The position numbers and the translations under genes are program-made. The notes beneath the pieces were generated by a model, which was not told the DNA's origin, made no database searches, and was given only the letters and a program-made list of their open reading frames with translations. A stretch of DNA of 64,000 bases from an uncultured virus (IMG/VR IMGVR_UViG_3300044701_001985) (Duplodnaviria > Heunggongvirae > Uroviricota > Caudoviricetes): IMG/VR virus record IMGVR_UViG_3300044701_001985. One strand, written 5' to 3'. Positions 19,213 through 29,355 of this stretch are shown one piece after another; position 1 is the first letter of the stretch; each line of letters opens with the position of its first letter.

Positions 19213-21349
19213 GGATCTGGTGGTTGAGCATAAGAAAGTCTCTACTGCCTGTTTCAATGTTCATACTCGTGTTCTGACTCTTCCTCTGTGGGAAAAGGCA
19301 AGTGGGATCGTCTATGACCTTCTTGTGGGTCATGAGGTAGGTCATGCTCTCTTTACTCCTGATGAGAATTGGTTAGAGAAAGTAAAAGTTCCTCAACAGT
19401 TTGTGAATGTTGTTGAAGATGCTCGCATTGAGAAACTAATGAAACGCAAGTATGCTGGACTTGCAAAGACTTTCTACAATGGTTATAAAGAGTTGAATGA
19501 GGATGACTTCTTCCAAATCAAAGAAGAAAATATCTCTAAGTTTAATCTTGCTGATCGCGCTAACTTGTGGTTTAAGATTGGAAATTATATCAATATTCCT
19601 ATTCAGCGTGGGGAAGAAACTGAGATCGTCAACTTGATTGCCGATACTGAAACCTTTGCTGATGTGCTGATTGCTGCAGAAGAACTCTACAAGTATTGTA
19701 AGAAAGAAAAGGAACAGGAACAAAAGGTTGCTGAATTTGATTCTCATCAAATGCAAGGAGATTCTCAGTCTCCTGCTAATGAGATTGTAGAGACGAATGA
19801 CTCCTCTTCTGAACAAGATGGTGAGAATAATAACTCTCAACCTCAAGAGAATGATGGGTCCTATGGTGGAACTGCTCAGGGAGATCAAACTCCAGTGAAA
19901 TCTTCTGGTGAAGATAATGAACCTGAAGTTCGCACTGCTGATTCTTTGGAAGAAAAGATTCGTGATCTCGTTAATAATGACTCATACGAAACTATCTATA
20001 TTCAAGTTCCTCAATTGAATCTTGATACTGTTATTGCTAAGAACTTTGATGTCCATAAAGAAATTAATTATTCATTCTCCAACCAACAAAATATACATAA
20101 CGCATGGGCAAAAGATAAAGAAATTACACCAACAAATCTTTACCAAGAATCTGATACTGAGTTTAAGAAGTTCAAGTCTTCTGCTCAAAAGGAAGTCAAT
20201 TATCTTGTAAAAGAGTTTGAGTGTCGTAAGGCAGCAGACCAGTATGCTCGTGCATCAACTGCTCGCACTGGAGTTCTTGATACTGCTCGTCTTCATACCT
20301 ATAAGTACAACGAAGATTTGTTCAAGAAGGTTTCTGTGATTCCTGACGGTAAGAATCATGGTCTGGTGTTTGTGTTGGACTGGAGTGGTTCTATGTCCGA
20401 TGTGATGATTGATACTTGTAAGCAACTCTTCAATCTGGTGTGGTTCTGTAAAAAAGTTTCTATTCCTTTTGAAGTATATGCCTTCACGAATGAATGGCGT
20501 CGTGGTGAGTATGACTATGAAACTGGTAAGCATCTTGCTGCAGATCGCACTCCTCACTATGAAAAGAAAGAAGGTCTGCTACTGGTAGACGAAACTTTCT
20601 CTATGATGAATATTCTTACCAGTAAAGTGAATGGTAAAGAACTGGAGCATCAACTGTTGAATATTTGGCGTCTTGCTTATTGCTTTGGTAGGTCTTATCA
20701 TTCTCCTTACACATACTCCAATCGTATGTCTCTTTCAGGAACTCCTCTGAATGAAGCATTGATTTCTCTCCATCAAATTCTTCCTAAGTTCCAGAAAGAA
20801 AATAAACTCCAGAAAGTTCAGTGCATTGTTCTGACTGATGGTGAAGCAAATCAACTTGTTTATCACAAAGAGGTTAATCGTAATTATTCCAAAGATCCTG
20901 TCCTTGGAACTGGTTATATTTACCCCGAAAATACTTTCCTTCGTGACCGTAAACTTGGAACCACTTACAAAGTTGGTTATGGATATCATGCCTTTACAGA
21001 TACGCTTCTTAAAAATTTGAAGGATAAGTTTTCTTCTATTAATTTTATTGGAATTCGTGTTCTTGAACCTCGTTCTGCAATTCGATTCATTCAACTATAT
21101 CATCCTTCAACTGATAAGCAGTGGGATAAAATTCAAAGTGATTGGAAGAAACTGCGTAGTTTCACTATCACTAACTCTGGATATGATGCTTACTTCGGAA
21201 TGTCTGCAACAGCCCTTGCACAGGATTCTGAATTTGAAGTTTCTGAGGATGCTACCAAATCTCAAATTAAAACTGCATTCGTCAAATCTCTTAAGACTAA
21301 AAAACTAAATAAGAAAGTTCTTGGTGAGTTTATTTCTTTAGTCGTATGA
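19160..21349 (+). CDS. Metallopeptidase-like plus VWA domain protein (CobT-like partner)
   Basis: HEVGH (HExxH) and NVVEDARIE; DWSGS MIDAS, GTPL and LTDGE VWA motifs. Confidence 0.85.
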   Translation: MSIRHEIKSQLAKLLATEDLVVEHKKVSTACFNVHTRVLTLPLWEKASGIVYDLLVGHEVGHALFTPDENWLEKVKVPQQFVNVVEDARIEKLMKRKYAGLAKTFYNGYKELNEDDFFQIKEENISKFNLADRANLWFKIGNYINIPIQRGEETEIVNLIADTETFADVLIAAEELYKYCKKEKEQEQKVAEFDSHQMQGDSQSPANEIVETNDSSSEQDGENNNSQPQENDGSYGGTAQGDQTPVKSSGEDNEPEVRTADSLEEKIRDLVNNDSYETIYIQVPQLNLDTVIAKNFDVHKEINYSFSNQQNIHNAWAKDKEITPTNLYQESDTEFKKFKSSAQKEVNYLVKEFECRKAADQYARASTARTGVLDTARLHTYKYNEDLFKKVSVIPDGKNHGLVFVLDWSGSMSDVMIDTCKQLFNLVWFCKKVSIPFEVYAFTNEWRRGEYDYETGKHLAADRTPHYEKKEGLLLVDETFSMMNILTSKVNGKELEHQLLNIWRLAYCFGRSYHSPYTYSNRMSLSGTPLNEALISLHQILPKFQKENKLQKVQCIVLTDGEANQLVYHKEVNRNYSKDPVLGTGYIYPENTFLRDRKLGTTYKVGYGYHAFTDTLLKNLKDKFSSINFIGIRVLEPRSAIRFIQLYHPSTDKQWDKIQSDWKKLRSFTITNSGYDAYFGMSATALAQDSEFEVSEDATKSQIKTAFVKSLKTKKLNKKVLGEFISLVV

Positions 21350-21531
21350 AAACTAAATTTCCATTTGAACACGTAGTAAAATACGATACCAAAGAAGTAT
21401 GGATCAAATGTTCTAGCAGCATAAGTGCTATGGGTATTCCATCTCTAGTTGAAAAGTATTACCCAGGATACATTGGAAGAATTGCTACACAGAATCATCT
21501 AGACCAACTACGGAACCAGTTGGCGAACTGA
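21346..21531 (+). CDS. Small hypothetical protein
   Basis: 61 aa; ATGA overlap with the upstream stop. Confidence 0.6.
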   Translation: MKTKFPFEHVVKYDTKEVWIKCSSSISAMGIPSLVEKYYPGYIGRIATQNHLDQLRNQLAN

Positions 21532-21595
21532 CCACTGGGGGGATTGATGCCCCCCTTTTTGCTCTATAATAACGGAGTTGAAACAAAACAAACCA

Positions 21596-22687
21596 ATGTC
21601 TCTTTCCTCTGATTACATCCGCACTTCCCTCCAGGCACTTTATGGTAACAATGTTACCAGTGCAGATATCCGTGCCTGGTGTAATATGAATGATGCTAAC
21701 TATCAGACGGTAACTAAGAAAATTGATGAATTTAAAACTAGTCGTGGTAAATGGAATCTTGAAGTGACTCAACAAAAGGTAGAAGAAATCGAACGTACTT
21801 ATCAAGCACCCGCAGTGGTTCCTCCTGTAGAACAAAATCTCATTCCTGATAAAGATGATACCTTCGTCAAGTTTGGTAATTTTGCTGATGTTAAAAAAAT
21901 TATTCAGTCCCGCCTTTTTTATCCTACGTTCATTACGGGTCTTTCGGGTAATGGTAAAACGTTTTCTGTTGAACAAGCGTGTGCTCAACTTAATCGTGAA
22001 CTGATTCGTGTAAACATTACTATTGAGACTGATGAAGACGATCTTATTGGTGGATTCCGCCTTGTTGATGGTGCTACTGTGTGGCATAACGGTCCAGTTA
22101 TTGAAGCCCTCCAACGCGGAGCGATCCTGCTCCTTGACGAGATTGACCTTGCCTCCAACAAAATCCTTTGTCTACAATCCGTGCTAGAGGGTAAGGGTGT
22201 CTTTCTGAAGAAGATTGGTCGGTTTGTGAAACCTGCTGCTGGTTTCAACGTTATCGCCACCGCCAACACCAAGGGTAAAGGTTCTGATGATGGACGCTTT
22301 ATCGGCACTAACGTTCTGAATGAGGCATTCCTGGAGCGTTTCCCTGTGACCTTTGAGCAGCAGTATCCTGCCCCTGCAACCGAGCAGAAGATCCTTGAGG
22401 GCATCTCTCTGGACCTTGGTGTGGAGGATCGTGACTTCTGTAAGCGTTTGGTTGACTGGGCAGACATCATCCGCAAGACCTTCTACGATGGTGGTATTGA
22501 GGAAATCATCAGCACCCGCCGCTTGGTTCATATCATCCGTGCTTACAGCATTTTTGGTAACAAAGCAAAGGCGATTGATGTATGTACCGCACGATTTGAT
22601 GATGAAACCAAACAAGCTTTCATCGAACTGTATGATAAGGTTGATGCTGATTTCCAACTTCCCGTTGACCAGGAGCAACAATCCTGA
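21596..22687 (+). CDS. cobS: MoxR-type AAA+ ATPase (CobS-like)
   Basis: GLSGNGKT Walker A, LLLDEID Walker B, ATANTKG, AFLERF. Confidence 0.9.
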   Translation: MSLSSDYIRTSLQALYGNNVTSADIRAWCNMNDANYQTVTKKIDEFKTSRGKWNLEVTQQKVEEIERTYQAPAVVPPVEQNLIPDKDDTFVKFGNFADVKKIIQSRLFYPTFITGLSGNGKTFSVEQACAQLNRELIRVNITIETDEDDLIGGFRLVDGATVWHNGPVIEALQRGAILLLDEIDLASNKILCLQSVLEGKGVFLKKIGRFVKPAAGFNVIATANTKGKGSDDGRFIGTNVLNEAFLERFPVTFEQQYPAPATEQKILEGISLDLGVEDRDFCKRLVDWADIIRKTFYDGGIEEIISTRRLVHIIRAYSIFGNKAKAIDVCTARFDDETKQAFIELYDKVDADFQLPVDQEQQS

Positions 22688-22693
22688 TAGAAT
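22665..22693 (+). promoter_or_regulatory. Sigma70-type promoter
   Basis: TTGACC-N17-TAGAAT. Confidence 0.65.
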
Positions 22694-22743
22694 ATGAGGA
22701 GGTCAATGTGCCTCCTCTTTTTGTCCTTTTACTATGAAACAAA

Positions 22744-23244
22744 ATGTCTGAAAACTTTGAGAGCACTTACGAAAGTACAATTCCAAATCAAGATTTCTGG
22801 GAGTATGATGGTATTAGTATGACTGGAAATCCTTACCCATCTCCAGATACTATTACGTTCACTGGTTCTCGCCTTGCTGATGGACTAGGCGATGATCACA
22901 TTTCACTCTCAAATTTTACTATTAAAATGACTGAAGATACTAACAAGAATGGTTTCTGGAAATATGAAGAAGATAAAACTCTGAAAGAGATTGAGCAGTA
23001 TCTTTCTAGCACTTATCACCAACACTATACTTCTCAAGAATCCAAAACTCAAACTCTAGATTTGATTGAAAGCATTGGTGATGCTGAACCATTCACGCGA
23101 TCAAATGCTATCAAGTATCTGTCTCGTTTTGGTAAAAAGAATGGTAAATCGAAAATGGATATTCTGAAAGCAATCCATTACTGCATTCTTCTTTATCATT
23201 TTGCAGGTCTACATAAGAATACTACTTCTGATTTTCCATATTGA
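22744..23244 (+). CDS. DUF3310-like phage protein
   Basis: HY...NAIKYLSRFGKKNG...DILKAIHY. Confidence 0.7.
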   Translation: MSENFESTYESTIPNQDFWEYDGISMTGNPYPSPDTITFTGSRLADGLGDDHISLSNFTIKMTEDTNKNGFWKYEEDKTLKEIEQYLSSTYHQHYTSQESKTQTLDLIESIGDAEPFTRSNAIKYLSRFGKKNGKSKMDILKAIHYCILLYHFAGLHKNTTSDFPY

Positions 23245-23267
23245 TCATGAAACTCCAAGATAAAACT

Positions 23268-23933
23268 ATGAAACTCTCTGATAAAACTCTTACTCTTCTA
23301 AAGAATTTTTCTTCAATTAACCAATCAATTTTGTTTAAGGAAGGTAATAGTCTTCGCACAATCTCTGTAATGCGGAACATCCTTGCGGAAGCAAAGATTG
23401 AAGAAGATCTACCAAAAGATTTTGGTATTTATGATCTGAACCAATTTTTGAATGGTCTAAATCTACATCAAAATGCAGAACTTGATTTTCAAAATGATGG
23501 GTATGTTGTTATTAAAGAAGGTAAATCTCGTTCAAAGTATTTCTTTGCAGATCCCAACGTAATCATTACTCCACCAGAAAAAGACATCGTTCTACCAAGT
23601 GAGGATGTTTGTTTCCTTCTTGATACAAAAGAACTTGATAAACTCCTTAAGGCTGCTGCTGTTTATCAACTTCCTGACTTGTCTGTGGTTGGTGAAGCAG
23701 GTGTGGTCAAACTTGTTGTTCGTGATAAGAAGAACGATACATCCAATGATTTTTCAGTAATTGTTGGTGAAACCGATGAAGTATTCTCATTCAATTTCAA
23801 GGTAGAGAACATTAAGATTCTTCCTGGAAACTATGAGGTTGTAATTTCAAATAAACTTTTATCACGATTTAAGAATACTGGATTTGATGTGACTTATCAT
23901 ATTGCTCTGGAACCTGATTCTACATTTGGTTGA
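23268..23933 (+). CDS. gp45: DNA polymerase sliding clamp
   Basis: LKNFSSINQSI, FGIYDLNQFL, YHIALE. Confidence 0.95.
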   Translation: MKLSDKTLTLLKNFSSINQSILFKEGNSLRTISVMRNILAEAKIEEDLPKDFGIYDLNQFLNGLNLHQNAELDFQNDGYVVIKEGKSRSKYFFADPNVIITPPEKDIVLPSEDVCFLLDTKELDKLLKAAAVYQLPDLSVVGEAGVVKLVVRDKKNDTSNDFSVIVGETDEVFSFNFKVENIKILPGNYEVVISNKLLSRFKNTGFDVTYHIALEPDSTFG

Positions 23934-24445
23934 TGAACATCTTCGTTACTTCTCCTTGGCCTGCAGAAAGTGCTATTTGTTTGCCCGACAAACATATTGT
24001 TAAGATGCCCTTAGAGTGCTGTCAGATGCTCTCTATCGTTGCCTCTGATAAGTGGGGGTATGGGTACGGCACTCTTCCTAAGGCAGATGGAACCCCCTAC
24101 AGGACCGAGAAAGGAGCATTCCGCAATCATCCATGTACCAAGTGGGCACTGGAGAGCATCCATAATGCTTACTGGTTAATTAAGTGGGGATTGAACTTGT
24201 CTGATGAATACTGCCTGCGGTATAATAAAACTCACTCCTGTTATAATACCCTAGTGGATGCATACTATTTGTTTCCTAAGGGTAAGATTACAGAAGTAAC
24301 TCCATTTGCTCGTGCTATGCCTGAGGAATGGAAGTTTGACGAAACTATTGATACATTTGAAGCGTACAAAAGATACATTGCATCTAAACCTTGGGTGTCT
24401 GATAACTATCTTCGTATGCCTGAACGCAAACCTGATTGGGTCTAA
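23933..24445 (+). CDS. Pyrimidine-dimer DNA glycosylase (endonuclease V family)
   Basis: MNIF...DKHIVKMPLECCQMLS, NHPCTKW. Confidence 0.75.
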   Translation: MNIFVTSPWPAESAICLPDKHIVKMPLECCQMLSIVASDKWGYGYGTLPKADGTPYRTEKGAFRNHPCTKWALESIHNAYWLIKWGLNLSDEYCLRYNKTHSCYNTLVDAYYLFPKGKITEVTPFARAMPEEWKFDETIDTFEAYKRYIASKPWVSDNYLRMPERKPDWV

Positions 24446-24448
24446 ATT

Positions 24449-25393
24449 ATGACTAGTGAATTTCTTTTTGTGGAGAAATACCGCCCTCAAGTGATTGAGG
24501 ATTGTATTCTTCCTGATGATACTAAAAAAACATTTAAGGAGTTTGTAGAGAAGGGAGAGATTCCAAATCTTCTTCTTGCTGGACCTCCTGGTATTGGTAA
24601 AACTACCATTGCAAAAGCATTGTGCAATGAACTGGGAGCAGATTATTATGTTATCAACGGATCCGACGAAGGGCGTTTCCTGGATACTGTACGGAACCAA
24701 GCAAAGAACTTCGCTTCGACCGTCTCACTTACGGGATCTTCTAAACACAAAGTCATCATCATCGATGAGGCGGATAACACAGGCAACGACGTACAACTCC
24801 TACTACGGGCGAATATTGAGGCATTTTATAACAACTGCCGATTCATCTTCACCTGTAACTACAAGAACAAAATTATTGAACCTCTTCACTCCCGATGTGC
24901 CGTCATCGACTTTACAATCAAGGGAAAGCAGCGAGTGCAACTCGCTGGGAATTTCTTTCAGAGGTTACGAGTTATCCTCGATCAGGAAAAGATTGAGTAT
25001 GATGAAAAAGTCGTTGCGGAACTCGTATCGAAACACTTTCCCGATTTTCGACGTGTTCTAAACGAAATCCAAAGGTATTCTACTGGCGGTAAAATTGATT
25101 CTGGAATTCTTGCATCTTTCTCTGACGTATCTGTAAATGAACTTATTAAAAATCTCAAGGATAAAAACTTTACTGAAGTCCGAAAGTGGGTGGTCAGCAA
25201 CTTGGACAACGACGCTTCTCATCTACTTCGCAGGGTTTATGACGCCGCTTTTGATCACCTTCTACCCCAATCTATTCCCGCTGCTGTTCTTGTTATTGCT
25301 AAGTATCAATACCAATGTGCATTCGTGGCTGATCAAGAAATAAATCTTATTGCTGCATTAACTGAAATTATGGTGGAGTGTGAATTCAAATGA
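24449..25393 (+). CDS. gp44: Clamp loader large subunit
   Basis: VEKYRP, GPPGIGKTT, IIDEAD, PLHSRC, PDFRR. Confidence 0.97.
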   Translation: MTSEFLFVEKYRPQVIEDCILPDDTKKTFKEFVEKGEIPNLLLAGPPGIGKTTIAKALCNELGADYYVINGSDEGRFLDTVRNQAKNFASTVSLTGSSKHKVIIIDEADNTGNDVQLLLRANIEAFYNNCRFIFTCNYKNKIIEPLHSRCAVIDFTIKGKQRVQLAGNFFQRLRVILDQEKIEYDEKVVAELVSKHFPDFRRVLNEIQRYSTGGKIDSGILASFSDVSVNELIKNLKDKNFTEVRKWVVSNLDNDASHLLRRVYDAAFDHLLPQSIPAAVLVIAKYQYQCAFVADQEINLIAALTEIMVECEFK

Positions 25394-25677
25394 ACGTAAA
25401 ATTGATTCGTATGTGGTCTGGTGAAGATGTTATTGCAGACCAAGTTGGGGATTTGAGGGATACTATTGTTATCCGAAATCCAATCGTTGCTGTTCCTACA
25501 GGAAATGGTCAAATGGGATTTGCTCCTTGGTCTCCTCTTCTAAAAGATAGGAATGTAGATCTAGAAATTTCTAAGAAATATGTTGTTTATATTTCCGAAA
25601 CACAGGAGCAAATTGTCGAGCAGTATGAACAAATGTTTTCTTTGATCAAATCTCCAAGTAAAAAGTTAATTGTTTGA
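25390..25677 (+). CDS. Hypothetical protein
   Basis: VKLIRMWSGEDVIA; ATGA-coupled to gp44. Confidence 0.75.
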   Translation: MNVKLIRMWSGEDVIADQVGDLRDTIVIRNPIVAVPTGNGQMGFAPWSPLLKDRNVDLEISKKYVVYISETQEQIVEQYEQMFSLIKSPSKKLIV

Positions 25678-25679
25678 AT

Positions 25680-25889
25680 ATGAAAAATCTTACACATCAA
25701 GTAAAAGCAAAGTGGTATTATATCTTTTGGGGAGTCTGCGCTATTGCTGTAGTTAGTGGACAGATTTATGTTGGTACTGGATATCGTGAGATGGCTGATG
25801 CCTCCAAATCAATGGAAATTGTTGTTTCTTGTGTAGTTCCTTATGAAACTCCTACAATTAAAACGAACCGAACAAGGGAGTTTGAGTAA
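25680..25889 (+). CDS. Small membrane protein
   Basis: Hydrophobic WYYIFWGVCAIAVVSG segment. Confidence 0.6.
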   Translation: MKNLTHQVKAKWYYIFWGVCAIAVVSGQIYVGTGYREMADASKSMEIVVSCVVPYETPTIKTNRTREFE

Positions 25890-26083
25890 TGGTTTCTATA
25901 TTTGATTTGTTTCATGATGAACGCCATTATGGTTGGAGTATAGATAAACGCTATGATTGGATTAATATGCTTAGTAAAATGCAAAAAAATAATCCAAGGC
26001 GTTTTAAAGAGTTTCAATATTCTCAAAAAACAATATACCATCATATAGATAGGTTACAGCAAGAACAGAATTTATACGATTAA
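25889..26083 (+). CDS. Hypothetical protein
   Basis: 64 aa; TAATG coupling. Confidence 0.6.
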   Translation: MVSIFDLFHDERHYGWSIDKRYDWINMLSKMQKNNPRRFKEFQYSQKTIYHHIDRLQQEQNLYD

Positions 26084-26089
26084 TTTGAA

Positions 26090-26311
26090 ATGAATCCATA
26101 CAAAATTAATAAGGCATCTCTAATTGAACATCCAATAAAAACTACTCCAGAGAATGTAAAAGAAGCGAATGAATCTTTATTTCGTGCTAAAATGACTTTA
26201 CCTGCGGCAGCAAAACATTGTGGAATGACGCAGAAAGAAATGAAATTAACTTTCTTTGAATATTTGAAGTATCACCCTAAAGACTATGAAATCCCTCAAA
26301 ACGCCTCTTAG
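26090..26311 (+). CDS. Small hypothetical, possible HTH
   Basis: MTLPAAAKHCGMTQKEM resembles an HTH. Confidence 0.6.
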   Translation: MNPYKINKASLIEHPIKTTPENVKEANESLFRAKMTLPAAAKHCGMTQKEMKLTFFEYLKYHPKDYEIPQNAS

Positions 26312-27128
26312 ATATCCTGGTGGTAAGTCCCGTGCTTGTGAAAAGATGGGATCTTACTTTCCAGACCTTCGTAATTATAATGAGTTTCGTGAACCATTCC
26401 TTGGAGGAGGAAGTGTTGCGATTTATATCACAAAGAAATATCCTAACCTAGATATTTGGGTAAATGATTTATATGAACCACTTGTAAATTTCTGGCAGCA
26501 ACTTCAGATCTTTGGAACTGATCTTAAAGACAAACTGGTAGAGTTAAAGACAGCAAACAATACTCCCGTCTTAGCAAGAGAACTTTTTCTTAAAGCAAAG
26601 GAGCAAGTTAATGACCAAAGTTTGCCTAGCATTGATCGTGCTGTGGCTTTCTATGTTGTCAATAAGTGCAGTTTCAGTGGTCTCACAGAGAGTTCATCAT
26701 TTTCACAGCAGGCATCGATTTCCAACTTTTCAATGCGAGGGATCGAAAAATTGCCTTCGTATTCTACGCTAATATCAAATTGGCGTATAACTAATTACTC
26801 CTATGATTATCTGATGGATGGAGACAAAGGTGCTTTTATGTATCTCGATCCTCCTTATGATATTAAGGATAATCTCTATGGGAACAAGGGATCAATGCAC
26901 AAAGGATTTGATCACGATAAGTTTGCTGCTGATTGCGACTCTAATAATATGGATCAATTGATTAGCTATAACTCAGATCAACTTGTAAAAGATCGCTTTA
27001 AAAACTGGAACGCTGCTGAGTTTGATTTGACTTATACTATGCGTTCTGTTGGTGAATATATGCGTGATCAAAAACAACGTAAAGAACTTTTACTCTTTAA
27101 TTATAAACTTCATGCAGAACTTTCTTGA
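26286..27128 (+). CDS. dam: DNA adenine methyltransferase (Dam/D12 class)
   Basis: LRYPGGKS, EPFLGGGSV, YLDPPY. Confidence 0.93.
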   Translation: MKSLKTPLRYPGGKSRACEKMGSYFPDLRNYNEFREPFLGGGSVAIYITKKYPNLDIWVNDLYEPLVNFWQQLQIFGTDLKDKLVELKTANNTPVLARELFLKAKEQVNDQSLPSIDRAVAFYVVNKCSFSGLTESSSFSQQASISNFSMRGIEKLPSYSTLISNWRITNYSYDYLMDGDKGAFMYLDPPYDIKDNLYGNKGSMHKGFDHDKFAADCDSNNMDQLISYNSDQLVKDRFKNWNAAEFDLTYTMRSVGEYMRDQKQRKELLLFNYKLHAELS

Positions 27129-27885
27129 TTTTTTTGGTTTTGTAGAACCAAATGTAGTAGAGTTTGAAGACCAAAAAAATAACTTAAAGGTATTATATAA
27201 TAATGATAAATCTGAAGCCTGCCTCTTTAATGGTGAAGAAAGATGGTTAACCTATTCTCCAAAATATAAGGAAAGTCTTTGGGAAGTTTTTTCTCATTAC
27301 TGGATTGCTGATGGAGTGTGTATTTGTACTGGTCTTGGATTTGCACTTAGAGAATCTTGGATTCTTTCTAAGAAAAATGTTTCTAAAGTTGTTGTTCTGG
27401 AAAAATCAAATGAATTGATTGAATACCATAAAAAATTTAATTCACAAATTTTTGATGAACTTGAAGTTATTAACGTTGATGCAAACGAATATAAGGGTAA
27501 ATGTGATACTCTTCTTCTAGATCACTATGAAACAGAAACCTGGGATGAAATTGCAAAATACTCTCGTAATATTTTAAAAAATATTATTTGTGAAAAGATG
27601 TGGATATGGCCATTAGAGCACCAATTGATTGTTGGTTATATCAACAGCGAAGAAAACGAATCTTTTCAGCAGATTTACAATAAAATAAAATTGAAATATA
27701 GTTTAACCAAACTTCCAGAATTGCGCGAAGAAGAACTGAGATTGTTTGTGTTTTCTTTTTTTCGAGGATTAAATTTAAGTTGGAGTGCGGATGATATCGA
27801 TAATCATAAAAAGAAAATAACATCCGAATGGTATAAATCTTGGAACGATAAAAAGTTGCACGTACATCCAGAAACATTTTGTTAG
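27112..27885 (+). CDS. Class I SAM-dependent methyltransferase-like protein
   Basis: CTGLGF, VVVLEK, NVDA, TLLLD Rossmann MTase pattern. Confidence 0.6.
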   Translation: MQNFLDFFGFVEPNVVEFEDQKNNLKVLYNNDKSEACLFNGEERWLTYSPKYKESLWEVFSHYWIADGVCICTGLGFALRESWILSKKNVSKVVVLEKSNELIEYHKKFNSQIFDELEVINVDANEYKGKCDTLLLDHYETETWDEIAKYSRNILKNIICEKMWIWPLEHQLIVGYINSEENESFQQIYNKIKLKYSLTKLPELREEELRLFVFSFFRGLNLSWSADDIDNHKKKITSEWYKSWNDKKLHVHPETFC

Positions 27886-27901
27886 TAGATGAGAATTAAT
27901 T

Positions 27902-28270
27902 ATGGAATTAAAAGAATGGTTAAACTCTATTAATTTTACAAAGGAAGATTTGTCTGAAGACATCAAGAACTATCCCCCATACATTATTAATAAATGCCTG
28001 TCTGGTAATATTGACTGTGTTCTTTTTTCTAATGAAATGAATATGAATCATCATCTAGATAAAGATATGCAGTATTCATTTTACCTAAATAGTCTGAGGA
28101 AAAAGAAGAGATTTTCTCCTTGGCTCCGAAAAGATAAAATCAAAGATTTAGAATGCGTAAAACAGTACTATGGTTATAGTAATGAAAAGGCATCTCAAGC
28201 TTTGAAGATTCTAAATAAAGAACAACTTAATTTTATTAAACAACGACTTGAAACTGGCGGAACAAAATGA
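27902..28270 (+). CDS. gp62: Clamp loader small subunit
   Basis: YPPYIINKCLS, KKKRFSPW, YYGYSNEKA. Confidence 0.93.
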   Translation: MELKEWLNSINFTKEDLSEDIKNYPPYIINKCLSGNIDCVLFSNEMNMNHHLDKDMQYSFYLNSLRKKKRFSPWLRKDKIKDLECVKQYYGYSNEKASQALKILNKEQLNFIKQRLETGGTK

Positions 28271-28704
28271 CTAATCAAACTATTGAACCACAAGTAAACT
28301 GGTCTCCTGATATGATGGTGGAAGTTATCCTTAATGAACCTGATGACTTTCTAAAAGTTCGTGAAACTTTGACTCGTATCGGAGTTGCATCAAGAAAAGA
28401 GAAAAAACTCTATCAAAGTTGCCATATTTTGCATAAGCAAGGCAAGTATTACATCACTCACTTTAAGGAACTATTTGCCCTAGATGGTAAGCACGCAAAT
28501 CTTACAGTGAATGATGTTCAGCGTCGCAATAGAATTGCACGTTTACTTTGTGATTGGGGTCTTATCAGTGTAGTTAAGGATGAATCTATCGCTGATATTG
28601 CACCACTAAATCAGATTAAAGTCTTATCTTATAAGGATAAGGGCGATTGGGTACTAGAAACCAAATACACCATTGGTTCCAAGAAAAAATCACAAGAAGT
28701 CTGA
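28267..28704 (+). CDS. regA: Translational repressor RegA
   Basis: DDFLKVRETLTRIG, LYQSCHILHKQGKYYITHFKELF. Confidence 0.97.
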   Translation: MTNQTIEPQVNWSPDMMVEVILNEPDDFLKVRETLTRIGVASRKEKKLYQSCHILHKQGKYYITHFKELFALDGKHANLTVNDVQRRNRIARLLCDWGLISVVKDESIADIAPLNQIKVLSYKDKGDWVLETKYTIGSKKKSQEV

Positions 28705-28764
28705 TATATAATATGTCGCTCTTTCGTGCGCGACACGCTACATACGGAATATACGCTACAAAAT

Positions 28765-28791
28765 GACGGGTTTCTCTACCCGTCTTTTTTT
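28765..28791 (+). terminator. Rho-independent terminator
   Basis: GACGGGT-N6-ACCCGTC followed by T7. Confidence 0.8.
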
Positions 28792-28867
28792 ATTATCTTG
28801 TATAATTAGTAATGGATGCCGAAAGGATCCACAAAACACAAACTCGCTTTAAAAAGGAGCTACCATA

Positions 28868-29308
28868 ATGACTAACCTTGTAACCTCACGGTTTACACAT
28901 GCGGATCTTCCTGCGCTGATGGATAAGATCACTCGCAATTCAATTGGAATGGATGAATACTTTGATCGTATTTTTCACCTACATGAAACCACAACAAACT
29001 ATCCCCCATACAATCTTGTTCAAGTCAGTAATGTAGAGTCGAGATTGGAACTTGCTCTTGCTGGATTTAAGAAAAAAGAAGTCTATGTCTACACACAAGA
29101 CGGCAAACTCTTTGTGGAAGGTCAAAAGGAGGATAAAGAAACGGAGTCCAACTATATCCACAAAGGTTTGGCTCAACGGAGTTTTAAGAGAGCGTGGACA
29201 CTCTCTGATGATACGGAAGTTAGATCAGTTGATTTTGAGGATGGGCTTTTGACTATTAATCTTGGTAGAATTGTTCCTGATCATCATAAGAGGAAAGATT
29301 ACCTCTAA
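28868..29308 (+). CDS. hsp20: Small heat-shock protein (Hsp20/IbpA family)
   Basis: NYPPYN, LELALAGF, HKGLAQRSF, FEDGLLTI. Confidence 0.95.
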   Translation: MTNLVTSRFTHADLPALMDKITRNSIGMDEYFDRIFHLHETTTNYPPYNLVQVSNVESRLELALAGFKKKEVYVYTQDGKLFVEGQKEDKETESNYIHKGLAQRSFKRAWTLSDDTEVRSVDFEDGLLTINLGRIVPDHHKRKDYL

Positions 29309-29355
29309 ATAGAATTGAATATCGTCGGCGCGAGGAGCACCTGGCAAAATCCAGG

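Noticed and set aside
19160..22687. cobS/cobT as cobalamin-synthesis genes
   Set aside because: No cobN or other cob genes in the window; better explained as the MoxR AAA+/VWA chaperone pair common in T4-like phages
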